Positions 20,239-30,078 of a DNA stretch of 64,000 nucleotides are shown piece by piece. Each line of letters begins with the position of its first letter. Position 1 is the stretch's first letter. The stretch comes from Bdellovibrio sp. GTDB lineage: Bacteria > Bdellovibrionota > Bdellovibrionia > Bdellovibrionales > Bdellovibrionaceae. A program made the position numbers and the translations under genes. Location of the stretch: NCBI GenBank assembly GCA_036677065.1, contig JAKFBS010000002.1, forward strand, positions 736,001 through 800,000, written 5' to 3'. The notes below the pieces were generated by a model that was given only the letters and a program-made list of their open reading frames with translations, was not told the DNA's origin and did no database searches.

Positions 20239-21418
20239 ATTTGGCCTTCAACTTTTCTGCTAAAATAATATTTTGATCATAGATTTTAGCAAGTCCTATT
20301 TTACCTAAGTAATTTCCGGCCAAATAAATATTTTTATTTGCTAAGCTGTTTTGAGTTTCTGCTAACGCAGAAAGAAACCTCTGTAAATGCTGGTTATAAG
20401 CAGGAATTGCTCTGGGCCAACGTGTGATGTGATATTCAGAGGGTTCACCTTGATTTGCAAATAGTCTATGGCGATCCGCTAAGATGGATTGTTTAATTTG
20501 CTCGTCTGTTAAATTTTTCGGGTCTTGACTGATAATCCAAGCTTCTGAAGGGTTTGGCCCACGGTCAGAAAAAATACATGAATTCACTAATACGCCCGCA
20601 GCGAAAAAATTTTCGCTTGGCGGAAATAAACAGCCAAAACCATTTAATGTGGCTGTATTCATTGGCCAAACTAACGTTACTGAAATTAAGGGAACAGATT
20701 CAATATTTTTCAACTGAGTTTGTGGTAATAATAAAGCGGCATCCCAGGCAGAAGTTGCGATAACTATTGCATCTTTATCTTGAAGCGACAGTTCGCTCAA
20801 ATTTTTAACGTCTTGCTTGGTAATCTGCAGCTTTACTTTAAGGGCATTAATTAACTGGCCCATCCCCTTTTTAGGGGCATAAGTTGTTGGTTTATACTTT
20901 TTGGCTTTTCTGAACTCATTTACAGCTTTAAACGAATCTAAAACGGCTTTGGCGTTCAGTTTTGTGGCTGGTAAGGCAAAAATTCCACGAACAGCAGATG
21001 TTAAAACATAGTCTGTAAACTTTTGACCGAAGTTTTTCATTCCCCAATCATTTAAGCTTAAGTGCGGATCTGGTTTTTTCTTTGTGAAAACAAATTTAGC
21101 CAACTTTGAAACTAGAAAAAAAGTTTCACTTAGACTTAGCGGCCAACGTTTTGCTTCACCAGCACGAAAGATAAATCGTTTGCTAGAGATTTTTTGTGAA
21201 GCTAAAAATTCAATGTCTAATTCTTTGGCCAAATTTTCTAAGCGCGGGGTCCACAATAAGCCATTCGCGGCAGTTTCACGCAGATGGGTCACTGATTCAT
21301 GCGTTTGAATTAATCCGCCAATTTGATCTTTTTCATAAAGCGTTACACTAAGACCTGCTTTTTGCAGCTCCCAAGCAAGCGTTAACCCTGTAAAGCCTGC
21401 TCCGATGATATGAATCAT
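20231..21418 (-). CDS. hemY: Protoporphyrinogen oxidase (HemY-type, FAD)
   Basis: IIGAGFTGL dinucleotide motif, RWPRAIP.Y, LAGNY; located in the heme operon. Confidence 0.85.
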   Translation of the reverse strand: MIHIIGAGFTGLTLAWELQKAGLSVTLYEKDQIGGLIQTHESVTHLRETAANGLLWTPRLENLAKELDIEFLASQKISSKRFIFRAGEAKRWPLSLSETFFLVSKLAKFVFTKKKPDPHLSLNDWGMKNFGQKFTDYVLTSAVRGIFALPATKLNAKAVLDSFKAVNEFRKAKKYKPTTYAPKKGMGQLINALKVKLQITKQDVKNLSELSLQDKDAIVIATSAWDAALLLPQTQLKNIESVPLISVTLVWPMNTATLNGFGCLFPPSENFFAAGVLVNSCIFSDRGPNPSEAWIISQDPKNLTDEQIKQSILADRHRLFANQGEPSEYHITRWPRAIPAYNQHLQRFLSALAETQNSLANKNIYLAGNYLGKIGLAKIYDQNIILAEKLKAKYG

Positions 21419-22761
21419 AATGACGAAGAAAAAATTCTTGTTTGTGGTTTATTACGCTTCAAATGCTCATCAAAAAAAATGCAGATATTACGTAAAAATG
21501 GTTTTCCCTGTTCGCTGACAAGCAGACGATCACCCAGAATTGTGACTAAATTATCATTGATCATTTCACGCAAAAATTCTGGAGCTTGTTTTGTTTGTTC
21601 TGGGTTCATTTTAACCTGATAGCTCGTCATTAATGATAAAATCTGCTCACGGCGAGAAACATCTTCTTCTGTTAAAATATGCCCGCGCGCTGTCGGAATC
21701 ACACCAGAATTAATTAACTCTTCATATTTTGGAAGAATTTTTTCATTTTGATGAAAACTTTGAGGCGATTCAGAAATACTGCTGACACCAAGACCTAGCA
21801 TCACTTGTGATTTTTGGTCGGTGTAACCCATAAAATTTCTATGCAATTTATGGTCAGTCATTGCTACAGCTAAAGCTTCGTCTTTCAATGCGAAATGATC
21901 CATACCCACTTCAACATAACCAAAATTTAATAATTCAGTGCGCGCGTATTCATAAAGATCGCGCTTTTCTTTACCCGTCGGAAGCTCTTCGTCTTTAAAT
22001 AATCTTTGCGCAGGCTTAATCCATGGCACCAAAGCAAAACTATATAAAGCAATGCGATTGGGACGCAGTTTTTTAGTTTGCGCAATTGTGTGCTCCATTG
22101 TCGCACGCGTTTGTTTTGCTAAACCATAAATCAAGTCGTAATTGACTGAATCAAAGCCGATTTCACGCGCATAACGAGTGATACTTTCGGTTTCTTCAAA
22201 AGACTGTAACCGATTTACTAAGCGTTGAATTTCAGGATTAAAATCTTGGACGCCTAAGCTAATCCGGCGAAATCCTAATTTGTATAATACCTGTAGCTGT
22301 TCACGGTTAGTTCTGCGGGGATCGACCTCGATGGAACCTTCAAAATTTGCACCGCGCGTAGTTTGATCTAAAATCGGCGTTAACATTTGTGCTAAATGAT
22401 CTGCTGATAGAAAAGTAGGTGTGCCACCGCCTAAGTGCATACCTTGCAGTTGTGCTTTAGAAAATTCAGGCACCATCTGGCGATATAAATCCCATTCTTT
22501 TAAAATTAATTTTAAATATGGGTCTTCCTTTTTATGATCTTTAGTAATAATCGTATTACAACCGCAAAACGTGCATAGCGTTTCACAAAAAGGCACATGA
22601 ATGTACATCGACCATTGGCTTCTGCCGCCGTCTAGGCCGTGACGAAGATGTGATAACCACTGATCCTGGGTGGGCGCTGTCCCCCAATAAGGAACTGTCG
22701 GATAACTTGTGTAACGTGGGGCTGGTATATCGTATTTAGCAAATAACATTGAATCATTCAT
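21415..22761 (-). CDS. hemN: Oxygen-independent coproporphyrinogen III dehydrogenase (radical SAM)
   Basis: PRYTSYP, CETLCTFCGC, GGGTPT and HRNFMGY. Start at ATG 22761, overlapping the hemE stop. Confidence 0.95.
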   Translation of the reverse strand: MNDSMLFAKYDIPAPRYTSYPTVPYWGTAPTQDQWLSHLRHGLDGGRSQWSMYIHVPFCETLCTFCGCNTIITKDHKKEDPYLKLILKEWDLYRQMVPEFSKAQLQGMHLGGGTPTFLSADHLAQMLTPILDQTTRGANFEGSIEVDPRRTNREQLQVLYKLGFRRISLGVQDFNPEIQRLVNRLQSFEETESITRYAREIGFDSVNYDLIYGLAKQTRATMEHTIAQTKKLRPNRIALYSFALVPWIKPAQRLFKDEELPTGKEKRDLYEYARTELLNFGYVEVGMDHFALKDEALAVAMTDHKLHRNFMGYTDQKSQVMLGLGVSSISESPQSFHQNEKILPKYEELINSGVIPTARGHILTEEDVSRREQILSLMTSYQVKMNPEQTKQAPEFLREMINDNLVTILGDRLLVSEQGKPFLRNICIFFDEHLKRNKPQTRIFSSSL

Positions 22762-23764
22762 GAAAAATCTCACGCGTGATTTGCACGAAACGACGAACGT
22801 TAGCCTCTGGAGTTTTTGGTAATACGCCATGGCCTAAACCACAAACCCAGTTGCTACGCTGTTCTGGAGTTAATTTTTTGAAATCCTCCAAATAGAGTCG
22901 GTAAGTTTTTTCAAACTCATTCGCTGGTAAGAATAATAGCGCTTGGTCAAAGTTACCTTGAACAAAACCTGGGGTCGCCATTTCAGTTTTATTTAAAATG
23001 TTTGGTAAATTCCAACGGTGATCAAAGCCCATCCCTGCCCACGGAAGATCTAAAAATTCTTTAGTAAAGAATGATCTTTGTGTGCCTTTTGAATAATAGC
23101 CAAGTTTTCCCGGATAAGCCTTAGCAAGTTCAGACAGAAGCGGCGCGATCCATTTTTGAAATAAAGCTGGGCTTACTTCGCCGGCCGCCGTATCAAAAAT
23201 CATCACAGCATCTGCGCCACCTTCAAATTGAATACGAATGTTTTCTTTTAAAAGCGGAAGCATGATTTTCGCGAATTTTTGAAATAGCTCATAGTCATTC
23301 TTGCTGTGTATTAAAGATCCCGCATGTGAACCCTCTACTGCATATACAAATAACGTCCATAGACCACCCACAAAACCAGTTAGATGCTTTTGTGCTGGAA
23401 TTTTTTGGCGTGTTAGAATCATCGCTTCTTTTTGAAAATGCAATTTAGGCAGAGCATCTGTCCAAGGCACTAGTTTTTCGATTGTAGCTTGGTTTAATTG
23501 AAAACCTAAACGTGGGCCATGATCAGTGTATTCTAAACCCATCCCTAAAGCTTCTAAAGGAAATAAAATATCAGAAAATAAAATTGAAACGTCGAAATCG
23601 AAATCTTGCACAGGGCCTAAAGCCACTTCAGAAGCAAGTTCAGGATTTTTACATAAATCCATGAACGAGTGTTTTGCTCGCAAATTTTGATAATGAGAAT
23701 GGTAACGACCCGCTTGGCGCATCATCCATACTGGAGGAGCTTTTGTTTTAGTTTGAAAAATCAT
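22754..23764 (-). CDS. hemE: Uroporphyrinogen decarboxylase
   Basis: PVWMMRQAGRY, ILFSDIL and LGHGVLP. Confidence 0.97.
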   Translation of the reverse strand: MIFQTKTKAPPVWMMRQAGRYHSHYQNLRAKHSFMDLCKNPELASEVALGPVQDFDFDVSILFSDILFPLEALGMGLEYTDHGPRLGFQLNQATIEKLVPWTDALPKLHFQKEAMILTRQKIPAQKHLTGFVGGLWTLFVYAVEGSHAGSLIHSKNDYELFQKFAKIMLPLLKENIRIQFEGGADAVMIFDTAAGEVSPALFQKWIAPLLSELAKAYPGKLGYYSKGTQRSFFTKEFLDLPWAGMGFDHRWNLPNILNKTEMATPGFVQGNFDQALLFLPANEFEKTYRLYLEDFKKLTPEQRSNWVCGLGHGVLPKTPEANVRRFVQITREIFHE

Positions 23765-24459
23765 ATTTGTTCTCCGCTTGCTTTGGTTTCATAGACATAA
23801 CCCACGCCACGAACTGATCTAATCATCTGTTCGTCAGTATCACCGATCAACTGGCGAAGGCGTGCAATCGCATTATCAATCGTGCGGTGGCTGGTTTCGC
23901 TCTCGGCGCCCCAAACTAAATTAATAATTTGGTCGCGGCTGACTGGTGATCCCGGATGGGCTGTCAGGTGTTTTAGAATTTTAAGATCATTAACTGGTGG
24001 GTATTCAATGCCGCCACCCTGTTGATAAACTGCAAATGTAGTAAAATTAATTTTTACTTTACCCACTTCAACTTCGATTTGATTAGGGTGGGCTTCAAAA
24101 ATATGCCCGATACGTAAGATTAATTCTTTTAAGTGGAAAGGTTTCGGAATAAATTCCTGAATTCCAATTTCGTAACCCCTTAAGCGGGTCTCAGGGTCGC
24201 CTTGCGCTGATAAAATTAAAACCGGTGGCTTGTATGATAACGTTTCTAGTTTTTTAACCAGATCTAAGCCATGGCCATCAGGCAGACCCAAATCGCAAAT
24301 TAATAAATCAAAAGTTTCACTTCTTAAATACTGCTCGGCTTTAGCTAAGTTGTTAGCCCACTTAACATTATAGTCACGGCCCAGGCTAGTTTGTAAACCT
24401 TCGCCTAAGGTTGAATCATCTTCGACTAATAAAATGCTTTTTTGATGAGTTAGGCTCAT
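23761..24459 (-). CDS. OmpR/PhoB-family response regulator (Leptospira HemR-like)
   Basis: LLVEDD, phospho-Asp in DLGLPD, KPF, winged-helix tail IRSVRGVGY. Confidence 0.92.
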   Translation of the reverse strand: MSLTHQKSILLVEDDSTLGEGLQTSLGRDYNVKWANNLAKAEQYLRSETFDLLICDLGLPDGHGLDLVKKLETLSYKPPVLILSAQGDPETRLRGYEIGIQEFIPKPFHLKELILRIGHIFEAHPNQIEVEVGKVKINFTTFAVYQQGGGIEYPPVNDLKILKHLTAHPGSPVSRDQIINLVWGAESETSHRTIDNAIARLRQLIGDTDEQMIRSVRGVGYVYETKASGEQI

Positions 24460-25335
24460 TTAAGCTTTTTTTCCTTTTGGTAAAATCACCAACACCATTA
24501 ATTGTGCGGCTTGGCCTTGGGTAAACTTAATACGCCCACCTAATTTATCCACTAAAAAGCGCGTAAGATATAAACCTAAACCATTGCCATGCGAAGATTT
24601 TGGCTGAATAAAGTTTTTACCTAATTCATTAATATTACCGGTAAAAGGTTGGCCATTATCCTGAAACTGAATTTCAACTTCGCTATTTACTGGTTTTACC
24701 ACTAACTGTAATTTAGTGGCTTTTCCGTGCATGACTGCATTTTGGATTAGATTGCGAAACACACTGCGAAGAGCTAATTCATCACCAAATACTTGGGCAT
24801 CACTTGTCATGCTAAGTTCTAATTCAGGCCATTCGTTACGAATCGCTGACATGACAGAAGAGAGTTTCACATCTTGCAGATGTAATACTTGAGTTTCACC
24901 GCGGGCGACCCACAATGAATTTTCTAATTGCAGATCCAGTTGGTTCATATTTTCGCCGAAACGGTTTAACACCTGTTGGTCAAAGTTATCGCGCAGCAAA
25001 TCAGATTGTAGTCGTAAACGTGAAATCGAAGTTTTTAGATCATGAGCAAAGTTTCCAAAAAACATGCGGATTTGCTCATGGCGTTCTAAATCTTTTTTCG
25101 CCAAAATAATTAAGCCAATACCGCCTATGATAACAGCCAAGAATAAAAACAATCCTTCTGACATAATCATGCGGTTTGAGCGTGCGAACTCTTCACCTGA
25201 CATTAAAGTTTTCAGAGCCTCAAGCTGGCGCAGACTTAATAGCCACCACCACATCGTCAAAGCCCCGATTAATACGAGCCAAATGATCGATAAGTAAAAG
25301 CGCAGTCTGCTTTGCGAGAGGGTTTTTGGATTCAC
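24460..25335 (-). CDS. Sensor histidine kinase with two TMs and a short extracytoplasmic loop (like the Leptospira heme-locus kinase)
   Basis: H-box FAHDLKTS, N-box NLIQNA, DNG and GNGLGL. Confidence 0.92.
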   Translation of the reverse strand: MNPKTLSQSRLRFYLSIIWLVLIGALTMWWWLLSLRQLEALKTLMSGEEFARSNRMIMSEGLFLFLAVIIGGIGLIILAKKDLERHEQIRMFFGNFAHDLKTSISRLRLQSDLLRDNFDQQVLNRFGENMNQLDLQLENSLWVARGETQVLHLQDVKLSSVMSAIRNEWPELELSMTSDAQVFGDELALRSVFRNLIQNAVMHGKATKLQLVVKPVNSEVEIQFQDNGQPFTGNINELGKNFIQPKSSHGNGLGLYLTRFLVDKLGGRIKFTQGQAAQLMVLVILPKGKKA

Positions 25336-26618
25336 GCTAATGATTCTTTCATGATTTTCACCATGTCGTTAATCACTTCATCAGTATGAGCTAATGATAA
25401 GAACCCAACTTCATAAGCGTTCGGCGCTAAATATAAACCGCGGTCTAATGAATTTAAGAATAATTTTTTAAAAGTTTCTTTTTGCGTGGAAGGAATTTGT
25501 TCAACCTGGCGTAAAGCTTTACCATCGGCTGTTTTATTATGTAACCAGAATAAACTTCCATAACGAACAAAGTTTAATGGTAAGTTTAAATTCTTAATCA
25601 CATCATTGATTTTATTTTCTAAATTTTGACCACGTGTTTCTAAAACTTTCCAACCCTCAAGTCGCTCCATTTTTTCTAACGTTGCAAGACCTGCAACCAT
25701 TCCCACAGGATTAGCACTTAATGTTCCTGCTTGGTAAACTTGACCAAGTGGTGCAATTAAATCCATTAGGTCACGACGACCGCCGTAACAACCGACCGGA
25801 AAGCCTCCACCTAAGATTTTACCGTAAGTTACAAGGTCTGGCCTAATTTGTAAAATTTCAGCCATACCACCAAGCGCTACGCGAAATCCAGAGATCACTT
25901 CATCAAAAATAACTAAAGCGCCATTGGCTTTTGCAAGATCGCAGGCCTTTTGAATAAATTCTTTACGCTGAATTAATAAACCATAATTAGCCGGAAGTGG
26001 TTCCATGATTAGCGCAGCAATATTTTTACCTTCGCGCGCGAACACTTCTGCTAATGCTGTTTCATCATCTAATGACACAGTTAAAGTTTCTGCCGCCGTT
26101 TGCGCCGATACACCAGCGCTGCTTGATGCCGTGACACCAGCTAAACCAGAACCTGCTTTTACAAGTAATGAATCAACGTGGCCATGATAGCAGCCTTCAA
26201 ATTTTAAAATTTTAGTACGGCCTGTTGCTGCACGTGCCACACGAAGTGCACTCATCACAGCTTCTGTACCAGAAGATACAAAACGTAATTTCTCAACCCA
26301 AGGAACTCTGGCTTGAATCCATTCGCCTAACATTAATGAATAGGGTTCACAGGCGCCGAAGGTCCATGCGGTATCGATCATCTCCATCACTTTAGCCTGA
26401 ACTTCTGGATCACGATGACCCAAAATCAATGGACCAAAACTTTGGCAGCAATCGATGTATTTTTTGTTTTCAACACTTGTTAAATATGCGCCTTGAGCTT
26501 TGCTAAAAAACACCGGAGATCTGCCAAGGCCCGCAAAAGATCTTACCGGAGAATGTACTCCACCTGGAGCCACATTTTTTGCGCGTTCAAAATAACTTTC
26601 AGAAGTCATGTTACTCAT
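25332..26618 (-). CDS. hemL: Glutamate-1-semialdehyde 2,1-aminomutase
   Basis: [39 protein letters not shown] and YQAGTLS. Start ATG 26618 lies next to the hemC stop. Confidence 0.97.
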   Translation of the reverse strand: MSNMTSESYFERAKNVAPGGVHSPVRSFAGLGRSPVFFSKAQGAYLTSVENKKYIDCCQSFGPLILGHRDPEVQAKVMEMIDTAWTFGACEPYSLMLGEWIQARVPWVEKLRFVSSGTEAVMSALRVARAATGRTKILKFEGCYHGHVDSLLVKAGSGLAGVTASSSAGVSAQTAAETLTVSLDDETALAEVFAREGKNIAALIMEPLPANYGLLIQRKEFIQKACDLAKANGALVIFDEVISGFRVALGGMAEILQIRPDLVTYGKILGGGFPVGCYGGRRDLMDLIAPLGQVYQAGTLSANPVGMVAGLATLEKMERLEGWKVLETRGQNLENKINDVIKNLNLPLNFVRYGSLFWLHNKTADGKALRQVEQIPSTQKETFKKLFLNSLDRGLYLAPNAYEVGFLSLAHTDEVINDMVKIMKESLA

Positions 26619-26620
26619 AA

Positions 26621-28105
26621 TTAAGCTTTCCAACTTTCTTCGTTCAAATAGATATATAAATTTTTATCAGAGCCTAAAGCCTCTTTAATAGATTGCCATG
26701 TCTTACCTGCTCCGCAGGCATGAGCACAATTTAAAAAATGCTTCTCTTGAGAGGCGTCTAAGCCAGCGCGAGCAGCCTGAAACTGGGTAAAACTTTTCCA
26801 GTAGAAAAAATACTTCTCTAGAGCTAATACATCGCTTTTTAACTTTGCGATTTCGCCATCTGCCAATTGAATTTGCAGATCGTAGGTTCCAGCATTTGAA
26901 GCCTGAGTGTGCGTCAAAGTAACTTGCTCTGGGGTAGATTTACCGATCAGCTGCTCTATACGAGGATCTTCTGATTCTCCTAAGCCTTCGGCACAACCAT
27001 TTACCCAAATGCCTTTTTTAGCTAGTTTTTGCCAAGTGTTAGTACCTGCTGCCCAGATAACACCTTTGTAGGAATTTAGATCGACGGAACCAGCGGCTTC
27101 ACTGCGCGCGACCCAAACTAAATCTGTGTGTGCCAGCGAAATGTCGGCCTTTTTATTTTGGCGATTTATTGAAAATGAAAATGTATGTTTAATTAAATCT
27201 TGCGGTGGTTTTTTTGAGTTTAACAACTGGTGCGTATTTAAAACTTCACCTTTAGGAGATAAACCTTTAACGATTAAAATATCTCCGTAATGACGTTTTA
27301 AAACTGTGACACCAATTTTTTGATGGCAGCCGCCACCATAACCAGAAAACACTTTACGTTCGTGATTCACGCTATCAGCGGTATCTTTACAGTGAATTTG
27401 TGCAAATAAATCTTTTAAATCTTTACGATCACTTTTAATTTCGATCGCAAGGGCTCCTTGAGCTGCTGCATTCGGATTTTCACTTAATGGTGGAACAATC
27501 CAATTACATTTTTCTAAATGTGCACGGATTTTTTCTTGCACCGGCTTAAATTCTGGATACGGATGAGCTAACAAACGATCAAGCGCTGCTTTTGCTAAAA
27601 CTAAACCATCAATAGATTCATCATCCATCATTTTTTGCATGCGTGTCGGAATATTTCCGCGCACATTGGCAAATTCGATCTTCTCAGTTGCCCAAGGTAA
27701 GTGTTTTGCTAAAAACGGAATTAAATTATACTCGCGACGAGGCGATGACGAAAAAATACGAACGTGTTTTTTATTTAAGCTGCTTTTTTTAAGCAAAACT
27801 AAATCACGCTGATCAGCGCGCGGAAGTGTTGCCACAATCTCAGTGCCTGCAGTTGGTTCGACCGGAAGGTCTTTCCACGAGTGCACGATGAAATCAAATT
27901 TACCACTCATTAAGTCTTGATAAAAATCTTGGGTAAATACGCCTTTTTCAGGCATCTTCCACAAAGGATCTGTTAGATTTTTATCACCTAAAGATTCACG
28001 AAAAATATATTCAACATCATGACCTAAACTTTTTAGTTTATCGCCAACCAAGTACCCTTGCAGACGAGCTAAATCGCTCTGTCTGGCTCCTAAAACTAGC
28101 CGCAT
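26621..28105 (-). CDS. hemC: Hydroxymethylbilane synthase with long C-terminal extension (possible HemC-HemD fusion)
   Basis: [37 protein letters not shown] and cofactor Cys in GGGCHQ; about 190 extra C-terminal residues. Confidence 0.9.
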   Translation of the reverse strand: MRLVLGARQSDLARLQGYLVGDKLKSLGHDVEYIFRESLGDKNLTDPLWKMPEKGVFTQDFYQDLMSGKFDFIVHSWKDLPVEPTAGTEIVATLPRADQRDLVLLKKSSLNKKHVRIFSSSPRREYNLIPFLAKHLPWATEKIEFANVRGNIPTRMQKMMDDESIDGLVLAKAALDRLLAHPYPEFKPVQEKIRAHLEKCNWIVPPLSENPNAAAQGALAIEIKSDRKDLKDLFAQIHCKDTADSVNHERKVFSGYGGGCHQKIGVTVLKRHYGDILIVKGLSPKGEVLNTHQLLNSKKPPQDLIKHTFSFSINRQNKKADISLAHTDLVWVARSEAAGSVDLNSYKGVIWAAGTNTWQKLAKKGIWVNGCAEGLGESEDPRIEQLIGKSTPEQVTLTHTQASNAGTYDLQIQLADGEIAKLKSDVLALEKYFFYWKSFTQFQAARAGLDASQEKHFLNCAHACGAGKTWQSIKEALGSDKNLYIYLNEESWKA

Positions 28106-28998
28106 AAATCTTCCCAACCGAAAGGTCGTACTGTTTGCTTATCCATTTGAGCTAAGCGCCACTCATCCACAGCGGCAATAGCTTGTTGTTGTCTGACAGC
28201 TAACAAATCCTTTTGTTGGGAGAAAAACTCCATCACATCTTCTAATGTGATCCAAGATTTAACCTGCGGATCCCGTGCTGCAAAATTCTTAGCGTCACGG
28301 CGTAAATCGATCACAGTTTTCCATTTTACAGGCGAAGCCGCGATTAATTGAGCTAATTGATCATGAGAAATGGGAGCAGCGATCACTAAGACATCAGATT
28401 GCGGCAACGGTTTTTCTAAAAGGTGCAAAGATAAATTTCCGCCACCTTCTACAAAATGTGAAAAATGCTTCATCACCTGGGTTTGGGCTTTTTCAAGATT
28501 ACGAGCAAACACCTGAACGTTTTTGCTGACTAACCATGGCAGCACATCTTCAACTAAGGCGCCCGACCCGATGATTTGCACATGATTTTCATTTTGCAGT
28601 ACACGACGTAAGTAACCGCCGTACGATTGTGAACCGAAATTATATAAATACTTTTCGCGCACACCTTTGATTAATGAAAACCAAACTTGCATCCGTGATT
28701 GCCATTGTTGCACCCACAGATGTTTTGAATTGTTATTAATAAACTGGCGAAACTGACCCAAAATTTCTGTTTCACCAATCACTGGTGAATGCAGGCCGCA
28801 TAAAACTTCTAATAAAAAAGTTTCGGCATCAAGGCCCTGTTTAAATCCGCGACCGTCAGCTAAAAAAGCTGTCTCATCTAAGTAAAAATGAATTTTACGG
28901 CGGCAGGTTTCCCATAATAATACAGAACTATTATCTATGATAAGAGGAGCTAATAATTGGTTTTCTAGTTCAATAGGCTGGTGCCAGAGCTTTAACAT
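28096..28998 (-). CDS. hemA: Glutamyl-tRNA reductase, short and divergent
   Basis: Catalytic TC.R (ETCRR), GLHSPVIGETEILGQF, Rossmann IIGSG. About 300 aa, lacking the long C-terminal dimerisation domain. Confidence 0.8.
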   Translation of the reverse strand: MLKLWHQPIELENQLLAPLIIDNSSVLLWETCRRKIHFYLDETAFLADGRGFKQGLDAETFLLEVLCGLHSPVIGETEILGQFRQFINNNSKHLWVQQWQSRMQVWFSLIKGVREKYLYNFGSQSYGGYLRRVLQNENHVQIIGSGALVEDVLPWLVSKNVQVFARNLEKAQTQVMKHFSHFVEGGGNLSLHLLEKPLPQSDVLVIAAPISHDQLAQLIAASPVKWKTVIDLRRDAKNFAARDPQVKSWITLEDVMEFFSQQKDLLAVRQQQAIAAVDEWRLAQMDKQTVRPFGWEDLCG

Positions 28999-29018
28999 GG
29001 TTTTAAGATAGCAAAGTT

Positions 29019-29047
29019 TTCTCATTTGATTGTCATATGTTTGTCAT
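29019..29047 (-). promoter_or_regulatory. Tandem OmpR/PhoB-type operator TGACA-N6-TGACA, plus a third degenerate half-site
   Basis: On the + strand TTCTCAT/TTGTCAT/TTGTCAT start at 29019, 29030 and 29041 (11-bp period), in the hemA/hemB divergent gap. Confidence 0.75.
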
Positions 29048-29097
29048 GAAAAATAAAAAAAGTTGCTATTTGCTATGACGCTGATAATTTAACCATC

Positions 29098-30078
29098 ATG
29101 CATAGACCAAGACGTTTAAGAGCCAATGAGAATATCCGTGAAATGATCAGCGAGACACACCTAAGTGTGGCCAACCTCATCTACCCTGTCTTTATTTGCG
29201 ACGGCGAGAAAATCGAAGAGGCAATTCGCACGTTGCCTGGGCAATCACGCATGAGTCCTGATGTTTTGGCTGAAAAAATCACCATATGGAAGCAATTAGG
29301 TCTTAAAAATTATGCTCTTTTTCCTAAAATTGATGAGGCTAAAAAAGACTCTGTGGCCAGCGAAGCATTAAACGATAACGGTCTACTGCCAAAAGCCATT
29401 AAATTACTTAAACAAAAACATCCAGACATTTGTTTATTTACCGACATCGCTCTTGATCCGTACTCATCAGATGGCCATGACGGCATTGTAAAAAATGGCG
29501 AAATTCTAAATGACGAAACTGTGAAAATTTTAGCTAAAATGGCTGTCAAGCAAGCAAGCTGGGGCGCTGATTGGGTTTGCCCTTCGGACATGATGGATGG
29601 CCGCGTGGATGCCATTCGCGAAGCCTTAGACGATGCTGGCTTTAATAAAACAAGCATTCTCTCATACACTGCAAAATACGCTTCAAGTTTTTACGGACCC
29701 TTTCGCGAAGCTTTAGATTCAGCACCAAAAGCTGGCGATAAAAAAACTTACCAAATGGATATTCGTAATCGCAAAGAAGCGCTTCGCGAAATGGATTTAG
29801 ATATTTTAGAAGGCGCAGATATGGTGATGGTAAAACCAGGTCTTCCCTATTTAGATATCGTCTCTGATTTAAAAACTCACTCATCAGTTCCAGTGGCTGT
29901 GTACAATGTGAGCGGCGAATACGCGATGTTACACTTCGCGGCCCTTGCAGGTGCTCTTGATTTAGAAAAAACGATGATGGAGTGCATGTATGCATTTCGT
30001 AGAGCAGGTGCTGATGTGATTTTAACTTATTTCGCGCCAGAAGTGGCGAAAGTCTTATCTATTCAGTCACGCGCTTAA
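29098..30078 (+). CDS. hemB: Delta-aminolevulinate dehydratase (porphobilinogen synthase)
   Basis: RPRRLR, DIALDPYSSDGHDG (Asp-rich, Zn-independent type), SDMMDGR and MVMVKPG. Confidence 0.97.
   Translation: MHRPRRLRANENIREMISETHLSVANLIYPVFICDGEKIEEAIRTLPGQSRMSPDVLAEKITIWKQLGLKNYALFPKIDEAKKDSVASEALNDNGLLPKAIKLLKQKHPDICLFTDIALDPYSSDGHDGIVKNGEILNDETVKILAKMAVKQASWGADWVCPSDMMDGRVDAIREALDDAGFNKTSILSYTAKYASSFYGPFREALDSAPKAGDKKTYQMDIRNRKEALREMDLDILEGADMVMVKPGLPYLDIVSDLKTHSSVPVAVYNVSGEYAMLHFAALAGALDLEKTMMECMYAFRRAGADVILTYFAPEVAKVLSIQSRA

Noticed and set aside
30059..30078. Convergent 3' overlaps (hemB/spoT; also 19222-19232)
   Set aside because: These are short overlaps expected in a compact genome, with no evidence of antisense regulation.
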